A DNA stretch of 58,514 bases, filler included, from Sluysia triapertura (Eukaryota): NCBI GenBank assembly GCA_046118255.1. It is 4 parts of 4 records of this genome, joined end to end, with 100 filler letters (N's around TTAATTAATTAA, not from the genome) between each part and the next. Parts side by side here need not be neighbours in the genome. Positions count along the whole stretch, not along the records: positions 13,726 to 28,947 come from JBJNIA010234451.1; positions 29,048 to 45,546 come from JBJNIA010202707.1; 2 more parts are not named here. One strand, given 5' to 3'. The stretch's first letter is position 1; the number at the start of each line of letters is the position of its first letter. The notes beneath the pieces were generated by a model. That model saw only the letters and a program-made list of their open reading frames with translations, did no database searches and had not been told where the DNA came from. This document shows positions 26,688 through 39,659 of this stretch, one piece after another. Position numbers and translations under genes: made by a program.

Positions 26688-28015
26688 TAATAATGTGTAA
26701 TAATAATATAAATGTATAAAAATGAATTTCATCAGCATAATAATAACATAAACAGTATTGAATTTACATTACCACATAAATTTTGATCGATATATTATTT
26801 TGTTTTAATTGTTTATAAATTTTTATTGTAATTGTTTTATTTTATATTATTTTATAAAATTTAATATTAATTATTATAATAAAATTTTTAATTTGTATAA
26901 ATTAAATTAAATTTAAACTTAAATCATTAAATTAATAAGATCTTAAATATATCTTAAAAGGTAAATTAATTTTAAACGAATTTAATCAAATTTGAATAAT
27001 TATAAAGAAGCAATATGGCTACCAAAATTTCAGTATATTGGTACTTAAGTACTTAAAGTATAAATTAATTATCAGTAATTACCTTACTTTGATAATAATA
27101 ATTATTCATCCCAAAATTAAGTTTTTGAATATCAAATCAATAACGTAATTTTGATTATTTTATTTGTGTGTAATTAAAAACGTAACTTTGGTTATTTTAT
27201 TTGTGAATAATTAACTTTATATCTATTAATTTATCGGAATTTATTGGAAATTATATGAATTAATACTATTGATTAATTTTTGTGATTAAATTCGTTTTCA
27301 AATTTGTTTTATTTTGGAATTACAATAATAATGTAAGAATTTTTAATTTTAATTTTATTTTATAAGAATTTTATTTTATTAAAATTTAAAAAATTTTATT
27401 AAACTAATTTTACTAAAAATTTAAAATTTTTGTTTTAGTCTGACAAAAACTTTTCTAAAATCTTTTTATTCAAAACAAGATTTGTGTAGATGAAAAAAGG
27501 TCTTGCATAAACCAGAAGTATTCTTTTGGATCAAACTCAAAGGACAGTTTTATATAACATTTTATTTAGTAACGTTTGTTCGATTATTTATAAGTTTTCG
27601 ATATTTATTATTATATCATTTGTAAAATAAACTCAAAATCTCACATATTTAAAATTTGGATCTTTAAAGATCCGAGGAAAAATCTTTAATAAATTTAAAT
27701 CAGCATAATTAACAAATAAAAGTTAATTAAAGCAACATTTTATTTTATTATTATTAACATTTGTATAAATTTTTTCACTTTTGTATTCAATAAAGAAATA
27801 TTCGGATTATTATCTTTTTTAACTTAAATAGTTGTAAAATCTATTAAAATCTCATTAATTATTGCTTTCAAAAATCTAGAATTTAATTCTATAAAGTAAA
27901 TTTTCATTTATCGATTCCATATAAGGGAATCATTCGTAAAATATATAAATAAATTCAAATTATTTAGCACCTCAAATTAAAATTACTAAAATATCCACTT
28001 TCAGGCAATAGACAT

Positions 28016-28174
28016 TGTTAGACTTCGTAAAATGGACTGACCGGGGATCGAACCCGGGACCATTGAATGCGCAGTCGATGCTCTACCACTGAGCTATCAG
28101 CCCCATCTAGCAATTTCATTTTTATTAAATTCAGTTTTACCAAATGGCCCTTTTTTAAGCCTTTTACCCCAACA
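28016..28174 (-). mobile_element. tRNA-bearing element, copy 6 (full length), TSD ACAT
   Basis: acat|tgttagacttcg...ccttttaccccaaca|acat. Confidence 0.92.
28033..28103 (-). tRNA. tRNA-like Pol III unit inside the element (pseudo-tRNA; tRNA-Cys-like body, loop CTGCGCA)
   Basis: GGGCTGA TA GCTC AGTGGTA GAGC ATCGACTGCGCATTCAAT GGTC CCGGG TTCGATC CCCGG TCAGTCC A TTTT: acceptor, D and T stems pair, A and B boxes are intact and a T4 terminator follows; the anticodon arm is irregular. Confidence 0.6.
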
Positions 28175-28435
28175 ACATCATTAAAAACCTAATTTTTTTC
28201 ACTTATCTTAAAGAAATCCAACGGCTGGCCCCAACAGGTAAGTCTAGTACGTTGGTGGACTCACACACTGAACTTCTTTTATTCTACTTTTCACAATTTT
28301 TTAAATATATGTTAATACAAACTATTAGTATATATAAATCTATTTTATTTTGATTAATATTTATTGATTAATTTTTAAAACTAATAAAGGAATTATTATT
28401 TTGATTTAAATATAAAGTAAGTATTTGATTAAAAT

Positions 28436-28558
28436 TGTTAGACTTCATAACATGGATTGACCGGGGATCGAACCCGGTATCCCTCGCTGCGCAGTTCGAT
28501 GCTCTACCTTCTGAGCTATCAATTATACTACATAGCACTTTAGGCCTTTATCCAAACA
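28436..28558 (-). mobile_element. tRNA-bearing element, copy 7 (subfamily B, internal deletion), TSD AAAT
   Basis: aaat|tgttagacttcataacatgg...gcactttaggcctttatccaaaca|aaat. Confidence 0.88.
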
Positions 28559-28947
28559 AAATAATTATTTAATATAATTTAATTAAAATAATTATAAAGA
28601 TTATAAATGCAAAATATATTTTTTATTTTTTGTCTGAGTTTAGACCTTTCTTAGGTTGCCATCATAATGACACCTTAAAAATATATAAAACTATTTAAAA
28701 TTACAAAAGAAGTATTTAAAATCATAGAAAATGTTTTAAAATCATTTATTAATACTTAAAATTACTTTAAAAGCAATTATTTTTCCTAAAAAAGAAAATA
28801 AAATTTCTAAGAAAGAAATAGAATATTCTAGAACATTCCATCGATTTCACTGGATGATGACTAGTATGTATGTAAATAAAATTAATAATGTTAATAATGT
28901 ATAAAATTAAACTTTGTAAATAAAATAAATTTTTAAATGGTATGAAT

Positions 28948-29047
28948 NNNNNNNNNNNNNNNNNNNNNNNNNNNNNNNNNNNNNNNNNNNNTTAATTAAT
29001 TAANNNNNNNNNNNNNNNNNNNNNNNNNNNNNNNNNNNNNNNNNNNN
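28948..29047. other. Artificial scaffold spacer
   Basis: 44N-TTAATTAATTAA-44N. Confidence 0.95.
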
Positions 29048-29118
29048 TGGTAACGCAATTTTATTTCACTTTCATGACTATTTATCGATTTTGCTAATAA
29101 CTAATTGTTGTACAAAAT

Positions 29119-30214
29119 ATGTTTTATGTTAAAGTTATTAATGCTAGAGATGATCAGAATAAAGTTAATTATGTTAATTATGTAAACTTTCAAGCATATG
29201 AAGATGAAGATCAGTATAACTTGTTTAACAATAGTAAAGATGATAATGTTCCAGTTACAAATGCTCAAGATGATCAGAATAAAGTTGATGATGTTAAATA
29301 TGTAATTGTAAGGATAAGTAAAACCTGACTGATAATAGTAAAGATGATAATGTTTCAGTTATAAATGCTAAAGATAAATATAACCTGATTGACAACGCTA
29401 AAGAAGACAATGTTCTAATTATTAATGTTAAAGTTGATCAGAAGAAAATTAATGGTGATAACTTCGAAAACTTTCGAGCATATAATTTTGAAGATCAGCA
29501 TAACGCGATTAGTAATAGTAGAAATGACGATTTCCAAAATAACAATGTCAAACATGACAGTGGCGAAGTCAGTTATGTCGAAGTCGAATATTACGAAGCT
29601 AACAATGATAACAAAGATAACAGTGTTGGAGATGATGTTACACAAACTAAGAAGAAGAAAGATATCAATGATCAAGTTCACAACAATAAAAAACATGATG
29701 ATTCCTTTTACTGCTACGAAGATAACATCCATAAACTCGAACATTACAAAGTTAATCTTTTCAATTTTTATAATATTTGTCTTTAGGAATTTTATGATTA
29801 TAAATTAATTGGTTTTATTTTCTTGATGATCATAATAATATTTATAGTAGTAATAAAAATAAATCTAAGGCTCATGAAATGTATAACAATAGTAATGATG
29901 ATTTTCGTTCACTTAATGATTATAAACGTGATGACTCTAGACTTAAAGATAATGAGCATGAGTATTACATGTTCAATAAACAAAAAATTACTCGTATAGC
30001 TGCCTTGTGTCCAGCTTCTACAGACAACAAAGGTGTTTGTTTAAGGGATGGAATGCTCTGTCATTACGCTCATTCTGTTAAAGAATTAACGATCACCAAA
30101 GAAGATGAAGCAACTTACAATAGACACTCACAAAGAATTTCAGAATTACTGAAAAGTATTACAGTATTACCACTTCATCTCGCAATATTTCAATGGACAA
30201 TAACATCAAGGTAA
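29119..30214 (+). pseudogene. D/N-rich repetitive ORF ending in an Unkempt-type CCCH zinc finger (few stops)
   Basis: Internal repeats (KDDNV.V.NA.DDQNKV) lead into CPASTDNKGVCLRDGMLCHYAHSVKEL (C-x9-C-x6-C-x3-H), resembling an Unkempt finger CIHETDARGHCVKNGLHCAFAHGPHDL. An inverted paralog lies at 39660-40330. Confidence 0.6.
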
Positions 30215-30881
30215 ATAGTTTTAACTTTGATATCTTTAATGTTATCTATTATTTTTATTATCATTTTTTTATAGTGAGTGACACAACAAAAAAAATGATC
30301 ATACATGGGAGTGAAGTAGTAAAATTAAAATTTTTCATAAATAAAATTTTATGTTGTTATTCTCAATCTTTTTCTAGAAAGAACATGACAAACACTTTAG
30401 AATTAAGAATTTCAAATCAAATAAATTTAATAAAAGCTAATCATATAATTTATAAAGTTAAATACCAATTAAATTTAAATTTTAAAAACAATTATAACTT
30501 AAAAATCATAATCATCATTAACTTTTCACAACAAAAATGGTGTCAGGAGTTCAAAAGAACCCTACATCCACAACAAATATTACAAAAATCTAGTAGTCAG
30601 GAATGTTGGGTTAATTTTGTAACTATGTAAATTTTAAATTTCGACAAAGAACAAGGAAGAATAACTCGTGTTAAGTAAAATATATTATAACAAAAAATTA
30701 TTACTACAATAAAATTATAAGGGAGATGTTATAATAATTATACAAAAGTTACTATTATACGTTATGCACTAATTTTTATTCGAAAGTATTTTAAAAATAT
30801 ATTTCATCAACCCTCTAAATGGTCGAAGGCAAATATAATAATTGTTTTTGAGTGGATTTTTCGCCAAGTAAATGTTGCTTA

Positions 30882-31015
30882 TGTTGGGGTAAAAAGGCCT
30901 AAAGTGCCATTTGGTAAAATTGACAATAATAAAATAAAACTGTTAGAAGGGACTGATAGCTCAGTGGTAGAGCATCGAACGGCGCAGCTAGAGGTCCATT
31001 TTATGAAGTCTAACA
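30882..31015 (+). mobile_element. tRNA-bearing element, copy 8 (T-arm deleted), TSD CTTA
   Basis: ctta|tgttggggtaaaaaggcctaaagtgcc...ttttatgaagtctaaca|ctta. Confidence 0.9.
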
Positions 31016-31799
31016 CTTATCTTACAATGAAATTGACTAACGTTACTATTTATTTTCAAGATTTTGTATTGTTTGAGCTGTTGAAGGTAACGTGAGAATT
31101 GCTGTTTATTATTATCACCAAAAGTTTAATTTCTTTGTTGTATATTATGACTTGTAAATTGACCTTGTGGCAGAAATATTGCAAAGAAATTTTTGTTGTC
31201 TTTATGCACTGTTTATTTTTTGAAGGTTAGTTTATAGTTGTATTTAAACAAAATTAATTTGTATTTTAAACAAAAATTAAATTAAATAGTTTACTCTCAA
31301 TAGTTTTAAATTTTTAAATTAAAATTATATTATTATTATAAAAACATAAAAATAAAATACTTACATTAGAATTAAAACGTCCAACAATATTAATCACATT
31401 AAAATATTCAATAATGTTCAAAATATTAATCAGATTACAATGTTCAGAAATATTGATTTTATTTTAAAATGTTATTTATAAAATTACACAAAATCATTGA
31501 TTGTATAAAAATCAAATACAATAATAAAACCATAATATTCAATGTCTCTTTATTGATGTATAGGTTTTAATAATTACAAATTCTAAATCAAGTAAAAGCG
31601 TTATTTCTCTATGTAATATAAAACTGCTGAAGTTTGCTTTTGTTACAGTAAATTTATTGACTTTACTGTAACTTGAAGATATTTTCAAAAAAGTAAGCTT
31701 TATGTCATCTTTATTTTGACATCAAGATTTTATTATTACGTTGTCATCACACAACTCTTAAATTCTTACAAAACGTAAAAATAGAGCTAATTTTCCTAG

Positions 31800-33093
31800 A
31801 AAAGTAAATAAATTTTCGAAAAAAGAATTTTCTAGAATTCTATGAGTTGATACCCATATATCTGAAGCTAAATCATAAATCATAAAGGCAGTTTACAAGT
31901 TGGAAATAACAATTTCTAGATTTTTACAGTGTGTTGAGGGCGAAAAATTACTTAACTCGAATACATTAATTGTATTTTTATTTTTTTTGAAACTTTTAAT
32001 AACAAAATTACAAACATTAATCAAAAACAAGTTATTTAATTTTAATTTTAAAATTACAAAAGAAATAGGCTTAAGGTCTGTAACAATTAACAAATTTAAA
32101 ACAATAACGAAGTATGGTCTTATACTGAAGTTGAAACATAGCAAATAAAGAAAAAGTATAAACACAATTATTAATAACCCTAGCAGTACTACAATCGACA
32201 TTCCTGCTTTTATTTCTGCATGATGATATAAAATATATGATAAAATAGATATTTTGTTTTCATGCTGATATCGTTAAAAAATGATTTAAACAAGTTAAAA
32301 TTTGAAAATGCTAATTCGCGATCATTAACAATTTTCTTAATAAGTTTTTCAGATACAATGTTCTTATCTACGAAACTATATACATAAACTAGTTTTGTAC
32401 ATTTTGTCAAATATCCTCTTATTATACATTCATATCGGCGAATAAAAGATTGAGTAATTATTAAATCGCCTTCCCTTACTGCTTGTGAAACATCAAAAGG
32501 GTTATAAGCAATTAATTTTTTAACAAATATCAAAGGCACATCTAAATTTTTCGTAATATCGTCTATATTTACAGACCACTTTTCTTCAAGCACATTGTTT
32601 ATTTGTAATGGCATCAATCTAAGATATGAAGAGTAAATTAAAATATTATTTATTAATTGTAAAATATTATCATGAATCAACATACTACTGACACATGATT
32701 CAGCAATCTTTAAATCAACTTCTGAAGTATTAGATAACACAAGTAACGAAACTTTATAGAAAATATTATTCATTAATTGTAAAATATCATAAATATCATA
32801 TTACTAGCACATGATTCAATAATCTTTAAGTCAACTTCTAAAGTATTAGATAACACGAGTAATGAAACTTTGTGATTTTGGGGTTCTATCTCTTCATAAA
32901 TTTCTTTTTCTAATTCATCAGGAGTTAAAACACCTTTACCATCTAATATATATGACAACTTTAACTTGTTACCACATATCAAAAGTTTTATTGTATCAAT
33001 ACAATTTTTTTCGCTTAATTTATTAATTGATGAGACTTCTTGCACTCTCTTAAAATCAGAGGCTAATATCTTAATTTCATCCAAAGTTTTCAT
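31800..33093 (-). pseudogene. UFL1: UFL1 (E3 UFM1-protein ligase 1) N-terminal part, disrupted, with an internal ~120-bp tandem duplication
   Basis: MKTLDEIKILASDFKRVQ..KLSEKNCID..LDGKGVLTPDELEKEI and IITQSFIRRYECIIRG match UFL1 (WEEIRRLAADFQRAQ..RLSERNCIE..LDGKEYITPAQISKEM; IFTEAFVARHKARIRG). The duplication is 32641-32758 / 32761-32872, with a probable ~54-nt intron near 32180-32126. Confidence 0.9.
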
Positions 33094-33226
33094 TTGAAGC
33101 TTTTAAACATCTTTTAAAAAAAATCAATATTGCCATCGTTTTATTAATTATATTTAATTAAATTCATTTTTGGTATTACTTAATAATGTATTTGAGAATG
33201 TGATCTGTAGTTAAATTTTTACCAAC

Positions 33227-34410
33227 TCATAAACGATGGCGGAAAAATAATGTCTGAATAAGTAAAAGTATAAAATCTTCTGATCTCTGCAAAATTGCTC
33301 TTTTATCCGATATTTCAATTTCAAGTTCACACAAATAATCATTAAGATCAAACTTATTAATGCATTTTACTAAAAATTCACTAGGACTTAAGCAACAAGC
33401 CATTTGCTGCAATAATTCTACGTTGCGACTAGACATTTCCATTCCAATATATACAGATTTCATTTGCTGAACCAAAATAGAAGGTATTGTTCCATTTTTA
33501 TTCCACATTTTCCCAACAACTTGACTAGCAAAAACTACTACTTGAAGAGCTTCATCGCATAAAAATGTATATGCACTTCGCTTAATTTATCTCGATAAAT
33601 TTTCTTGGTCAATAAAGATGTCATAAATCGATGTAACGGTTTAATAACACTAATATATACATTAGGCCAATTATTATATATCACAGTTCCTGTTTCTTGA
33701 AAGACAATTTCATCCTTTTTTAAATATTGAATATTCAAGTTAACAATTCGCTCGTAAAATATCTTAGACATTATATCAAATGTCTGCAACAAGTGTAATA
33801 ATATCAACTAAATGATATGAAATTTCAATTCCACTCTTCCAAGGTGAATCATGTTCAATATTCTGTGTCAATTCTCGTTTCATTGTATTAGTATTCTGTA
33901 TTAATGACAATGTATGACAAAATAAAGCATAAAATTCCAGAAAATTTTCGATAAATTGTTGTGAAATAGGTTTTGGTGAAAAATTTATAGCTGGTTCGTC
34001 ATTTTCTCCTATACCGGTAATATAGATGAGAATACTTCGTAGAATATACTTGATATCATAAATGACACGTAATTTTTGATTAAATGGATCGAATATATCA
34101 TCACGTTTATCATACTAAAGTATATTGGGATACTTTGGCAATGGTTTACTTTTTTCTTTTATGAAGTAGTGCAGTATAGTCATCAAATTTGTTAAGATAT
34201 TCTTTCTTTCTACTAAATGATACGCTAAACTGATATCAGTAAGTTAGCACGTATTTGAAATCATCGCATCTTCAGTATTATGATCATCTTCTATATATTG
34301 TTGCAAAAGATTTTTATAATTATCTAGAAGCAGATATGAAAATTCTTTCTTGAAGTATATTTCTTTAAACACAACATTAACAATAAACGCATTACACACT
34401 GATCTTGAAA
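33227..34410 (-). pseudogene. UBR1: UBR1/UBR2 N-end-rule E3 ligase internal fragment, disrupted
   Basis: KKEFSYLLLDNYKNLLQQYIEDDH, LAYHLVERKNIL, YDIKYIL, MKRELTQNIEHDSPW, ISVIKPLHRF and VFASQVVGKMWNKNG..MSSRNVELLQ match UBR1/2 ([76 protein letters not shown]). Frameshifts and stops are present. Confidence 0.88.
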
Positions 34411-34992
34411 CTTTTATCGCATAATTTTATCTGGTTCTAAATCATCTAATTTTATACTCCAAAAACCATATTCAACATTAATAGCATTTTTACCGTCAAT
34501 ATTTCACTGCCAATTAGATTAAATTTCTAATACAAATTTGATATTACATCAACTCAGAAGATGGAGAGTTAGTTCAAAGTGCTGTAGTACCATGTAAGAT
34601 TTGTCTTCTAGATTCAATTTGATTCAATATGGTCTATTTTAATCAAGAAATAAATTTTCGTCTTTATAATGATGAAAGTATGAACAAAAATTTTCAAATT
34701 TGTAAATTGTGGTTGTGTTTGTTGTTGTGCTGGTAGAGGTAGAAGAGAATTAATGATAATTAAAAAATGATAAATGATTTTGAACAAATATATTTATCTA
34801 TTACAACATTTAATTGTTATTTTCTTTGTTCAGATCTGGTGAAGAATCAGTTGTTGCATCTGAGGAGTCATTCAAACCGTTTATGTTGTTTTGATTGGCA
34901 GACAACTGTTGCTTAATTATGATTATTGATTATATTTCGATTATATCTAGTAGTTACAGTAATTTCCTTGAGATGAATAGTGTGAATCGAGA

Positions 34993-35377
34993 TCAAATAT
35001 ATTGTGTAGTAGTAAAAAAAGAAAGATTGATAATAAGGATAAAAGAAATAATAATAATGATAACAATAACGTGGTTATTATGTTTATTAATACTGAATTG
35101 TTGATGTTGAAATTTATTATGAAAATTATTATAAAAGTTATTACTTGATAATCATATTATATAACAATAATGACTATAATTATTATATATTTTAATACGA
35201 TCTGAATTGTAATAATAATCGCGGTAGTTCATGATAATTAGGTGCGATGATCATGTTTGTCTTTTGAATGAGTTTAGTAGTCTGTGTATATGTGAAGTGT
35301 TTTTATGTGATGAAACGTGATGAATTTTGTGTGATGAATTCCCTACAATAATAATATAAAATAATTAGTAATTCCCC
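34993..35377 (-). repeat. ~400-bp leader repeat, copy 1 (upstream of the UBR/UFL1 cassette)
   Basis: The reverse complement aligns along its length with 43434-43840. Confidence 0.9.
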
Positions 35378-36388
35378 AAAAAAACAAAATAGAAATACTT
35401 TTTCTGACAATGGTATGATTATATAAAAATGATATAAATATCTGAAATTAATCTCACCTTCTTACTTGTTCATAACACATGTGGATGCTAGAAAGTCAAG
35501 TACGTCATTCGTCTAGATGTTATTCTGCACAAACGTTAGAAAAACAATGAAGGACAACCGTTATGATTAATATTTTCCAGTTAGAACGATTTCAAATTGC
35601 AAAGATTGGAAGTAAAATGCTACATCATTCCGTTCTGTCACTTAATGACATGGCTAAAATTCTTTATTAAACAATCTCTAAATTATGATTATATGACAAG
35701 CGCTTGGAAATATATTGAACAATTTCAAAAAACCATTCATTAAGCTAATAGAAAATAAGCAAGTATTCAGTTGTCATCACAATAATTCCATAACACTTTA
35801 AAAAAGAAAAAATAATCTTAGAATAATAAAATAATATCTAGAGAAACTTTTCTGTCCCTTCATTTGTCAAGTATAAAAAGGTACTAGGTTCATTTGTCAA
35901 TTCATAATTCATAGTCACTAACAAAATTCATTATAGCATAATTTTTATCGAGCAACTCAGCTTGTAAAATTATTAAGAATTAAATCTTTTCTCTCATTAA
36001 GTTACGCTCATAACGAAATCATGAAATACCGTGTAAAATCTTTTTGTAAATCTTTTGAAAACTCCGATTTACTAAAAGGAATATTTGTAAATAAAAATCA
36101 TTACAAAGAAGGAATTAAGGTCTTGGTGATTTTATATTTTAAAATAACATTTTATTGTCCACATTTACCATGCATTTTCATTGACTTGTAGTTGTTATTT
36201 TTATGGATATTACTTACCATATTTGTAACCTTGTTTTTAAATTTTTAATTACTATATTACATTTGCTATTTTTGCTAAGATAAAATTAAATATAATATTT
36301 TTGAAATATGATTTCTTCAAATATAGACATTTGAAGGATAAATAAACTTTATTACACGTTACATAAATTAACTTGTTTTTTGAATTTT

Positions 36389-36473
36389 ATAGCTACTGAC
36401 ACCCAAGCGATAAGTTCAACGCCGTGGATTGTAGCTGAAACCATTGATTTCTCATTTTGTCTATATATAGAGA
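36389..36473 (-). mobile_element. Possible short non-autonomous Helitron remnant
   Basis: Minus strand begins tctctatatata and ends in a GC-richer hairpin-like ccacggcg...cgcttggg followed by gtagcta. Confidence 0.3.
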
Positions 36474-36529
36474 AAAATACTTACTGTAAATACGGTCTGT
36501 TACTGTCTGTAAATAACATATGAATTGTA

Positions 36530-36770
36530 CAAATTGTAAATATTAAAAAATGTTTTATTAAATATTAAAAAAGTTTTATTAATTGAAATAAAATTTTGTA
36601 AATATTAAAAAGTTTTATTAATTGAAAAAATTTATAAATCATTAAATTTTGTAAATTAAAACTTTAGAAAATAACCTTTGTAATGTAAATATTTAGATGT
36701 AAATTAAAATTAAAACTAAAACTTTAGAAAGTAACCTTTGTATTCTGTTAATGTAAATATTTAGAAAATT
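36530..36770. repeat. Local tandem duplications
   Basis: Repeated aaatattaaaaa(a)gttttattaattgaaa and aaaactttagaaa(a/g)taacctttg..taatgtaaatatttaga. Confidence 0.7.
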
Positions 36771-39659
36771 AATCGCATGATTTCAATTATTAGTCAAAAT
36801 CATTATTTTCATTTGAATAAGTTTACTTATGTCAGTCATGGAACAAAGTGTAAAAAGAATTGTCAAATGAATAGTAACGAGAATAATAAAGCTCATAGTG
36901 AAAATTTTTGAAACGAGTGACGTAAACTAGTTTGGAGAATTTATCAATAATATGCAATTTCGGAATTTACGATTCAGATCGTTATATATATAGTTTCGAG
37001 AAAAACCCTCCAAAGCTTACTCAGATATAAATTCATTTTTGGAAATCAAGAAGACATCTTTTTGACAACAATACTCGGATAATTTATCTATCGGCGATTT
37101 TTACAAATTATAAGTACGCTTATTCATAATAAGTGTTTGACATAAATCCGTTGCTTTAAAATACTACTCAAAATCCATTAAATTTATAACCGAAGAATTA
37201 ATCCTGGGTCAAACACAGCATTAAAATTTTATTGAAATTATTTATTTATTATAATTGGTTTTTCTTATCTTTATTATTTGTATATTGAACTGGATTTTAT
37301 GTAATTATTTGTTAATAAGACTTATTGACTTATTTTTGTATAAAGAAAAATTGTAGTATAAAACGATAATTTACTAAAATTAAATTGGAGAATTTACTAG
37401 AGTCGAGTCAGAAAATATAAAAATCATATTACATAGAAAGGATTAATAAGTTATTATAAAAAGCATAGGTAATCCTCATCAGTAAAGAATAGTTAGAAAT
37501 TAGTGACCCTCTTTTTCGTTAGACTTTCACGTTGATTGAAACCTGTGAACACGTGTTACACAGGCGGACCCATTTTTTAAGCAAATTTCATAATTGTTCC
37601 AAATAAGAAAGCTAACAAATATATTATACTATTAATGTTACTTACTTATAAAATGATAGTGATTACTTTCAAAAATGATAACGTGAATATAAAAGCAATC
37701 AATTATAAAAAGTAAGATATAAAAATTATCAATATTATTGAATAATAATATTTTCTAAAATTTATTTTATTTCCGTAATTTAAAGTTTACTCAGTTTATT
37801 ATTTTTTATAAATTAAAACTAAATTTTTTAAATAACTAATGAGTATATACTTAAAATTGAAAATCCGTGCAAATTCTGTTATCTTTATGAAATTAAATCG
37901 TGTAAAGTTTTGATAGACTTGTTATAAACTTTGTTATATCAAATTAAGTCAAGTAAAATTTTTCTTCGTCACTGAATGAAATTCGTTAATAGTCTTGTAG
38001 ATCTACACAAAATTGTTATAACTTTATTTATGAAAAATTGTTTGTGATGCATAATAATATATAAGGCAAATAAATTCTCACATAGTATAAACTTGTGCCA
38101 AGAGTGAGGACCAGCAGCATAAATTAAAATAAAATTAAAGTATTAGAAGTTTAAGTAAGTGAGAATATTATAAAATTAAAGCTATAACCCTTTAAAATAA
38201 AAGTAGCCTAGTATTACTAAGTTTTGATTATTTTAAGTTTTGACATAAATAAGTTTATAAGTGACTAATGCATTGGAATCTTTGAGATTTCGGCCCTTAA
38301 GTGTGTAAGTCCGGTGTCGTAGATGTCAGTGTCGAAATTGCAAAAACTGGCCGTTAAAGAAAATGTCTTTAGACAAATTTTTTGATTATTGTTCTGCTAA
38401 TTATAGCAAGATTCCTTTTGAGAAGTTTAAATCTGGTCTAAAAAGATCTTGTAAAATAAATTTAATGCGATTACATTAAACAATTTAGTGGTTATTGAAT
38501 TTTATCAATTTTCTAATTATGTAAATTAGCAATTAGCGAAAACATTATCTTAAGTTCGTCGTAAACACTTAGAATTGCAAATTTTAACAAAACAATAATA
38601 AATTAAGTGCACAAAATAAATTAAATCAAAACTAAACTAAATTAACGAAGTAAACTGATACGTGGCTGATACAAATTTATACACAAATATAATCGAATAT
38701 GTAGATTTAGTTATTACAAAATTAGATTTATCCTTATAAATAAATATCGTAAATATTTCAAACAAGGTATGAATTGATATCATAAAAATGGTAAAAATTA
38801 TAATACAGGTATGAAATTTTATATATTATTACGTAATAATAATATTCCTTGATTTCTTTAGATCAGCAATAAACACTGCACTACTTTAGTATAATTTTAT
38901 TATTTTTATAAAACAAATATAATAAGTTAAGAATTTAAAATTAACTAACGATTAGCCAAAAAATATGGTTATGAAATTTAAAATCAACAGTTCAATTTAT
39001 TCTTGCGAAATCGTCGTTATAACAAGCAATACAACTTGAACAAATAAATTTAACAGATTATTATTTGAATAAATAAATTAAACAAAACTGCAACCAACAA
39101 CTGATTTATAAAAATTTTTATGTGAGTTGTTTGTTAAAAACATCGCAATTTTTAATAATTTTTATTTTATTGAACTTATTTTAATTTTATTAATGCATTA
39201 TTGATATGATAATATATTTTTAAGTATAATACATATATCAAATAATTGAAATAATAGTTTTTGATACTAATAATTGAAATTTCAGTTTTTTAATAATTAT
39301 TTCAATTTTTTTCACAATAATAATAATTTTATTTATCAACTAATATTATATTACTTTGTATAAACATATTATTACTTTTAAAAATATAATTTTTATATTA
39401 AACATAATTTTTAGACTTTAATATATTTTACGTGATTACATTTTACTACATTTTATTTTAATATTTACATATTTTATTTTATTATTTACATGATAGACAA
39501 AACTAACGATAACAACTATTCTTTCCGAATAATATAATGAAATATAAATCAGTAAATCAAAAAACTGGATCATGAAACAATTCAAAATGATGTTGTTCAA
39601 TTAGCTAATCTTTTGAAATGTAATAAAATGATTTGTAACAATTAATATCAAATGTAACC

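Noticed and set aside
28215-28300. Spliced-leader RNA-like AG|GTAAGT motif
   Set aside because: Single copy with no clear Sm site or SL stem-loops.
26531-28558. Functional tRNA gene cluster, or a two-LTR TRIM formed by neighbouring copies
   Set aside because: Anticodon arms are irregular and differ between copies. Copies 6 and 7 each have their own TSD, so they are independent insertions.
29415-29808. M/I/T-rich + ORF and hydrophobic - ORF
   Set aside because: Shadow frames of the D/N-rich repetitive reading frame.
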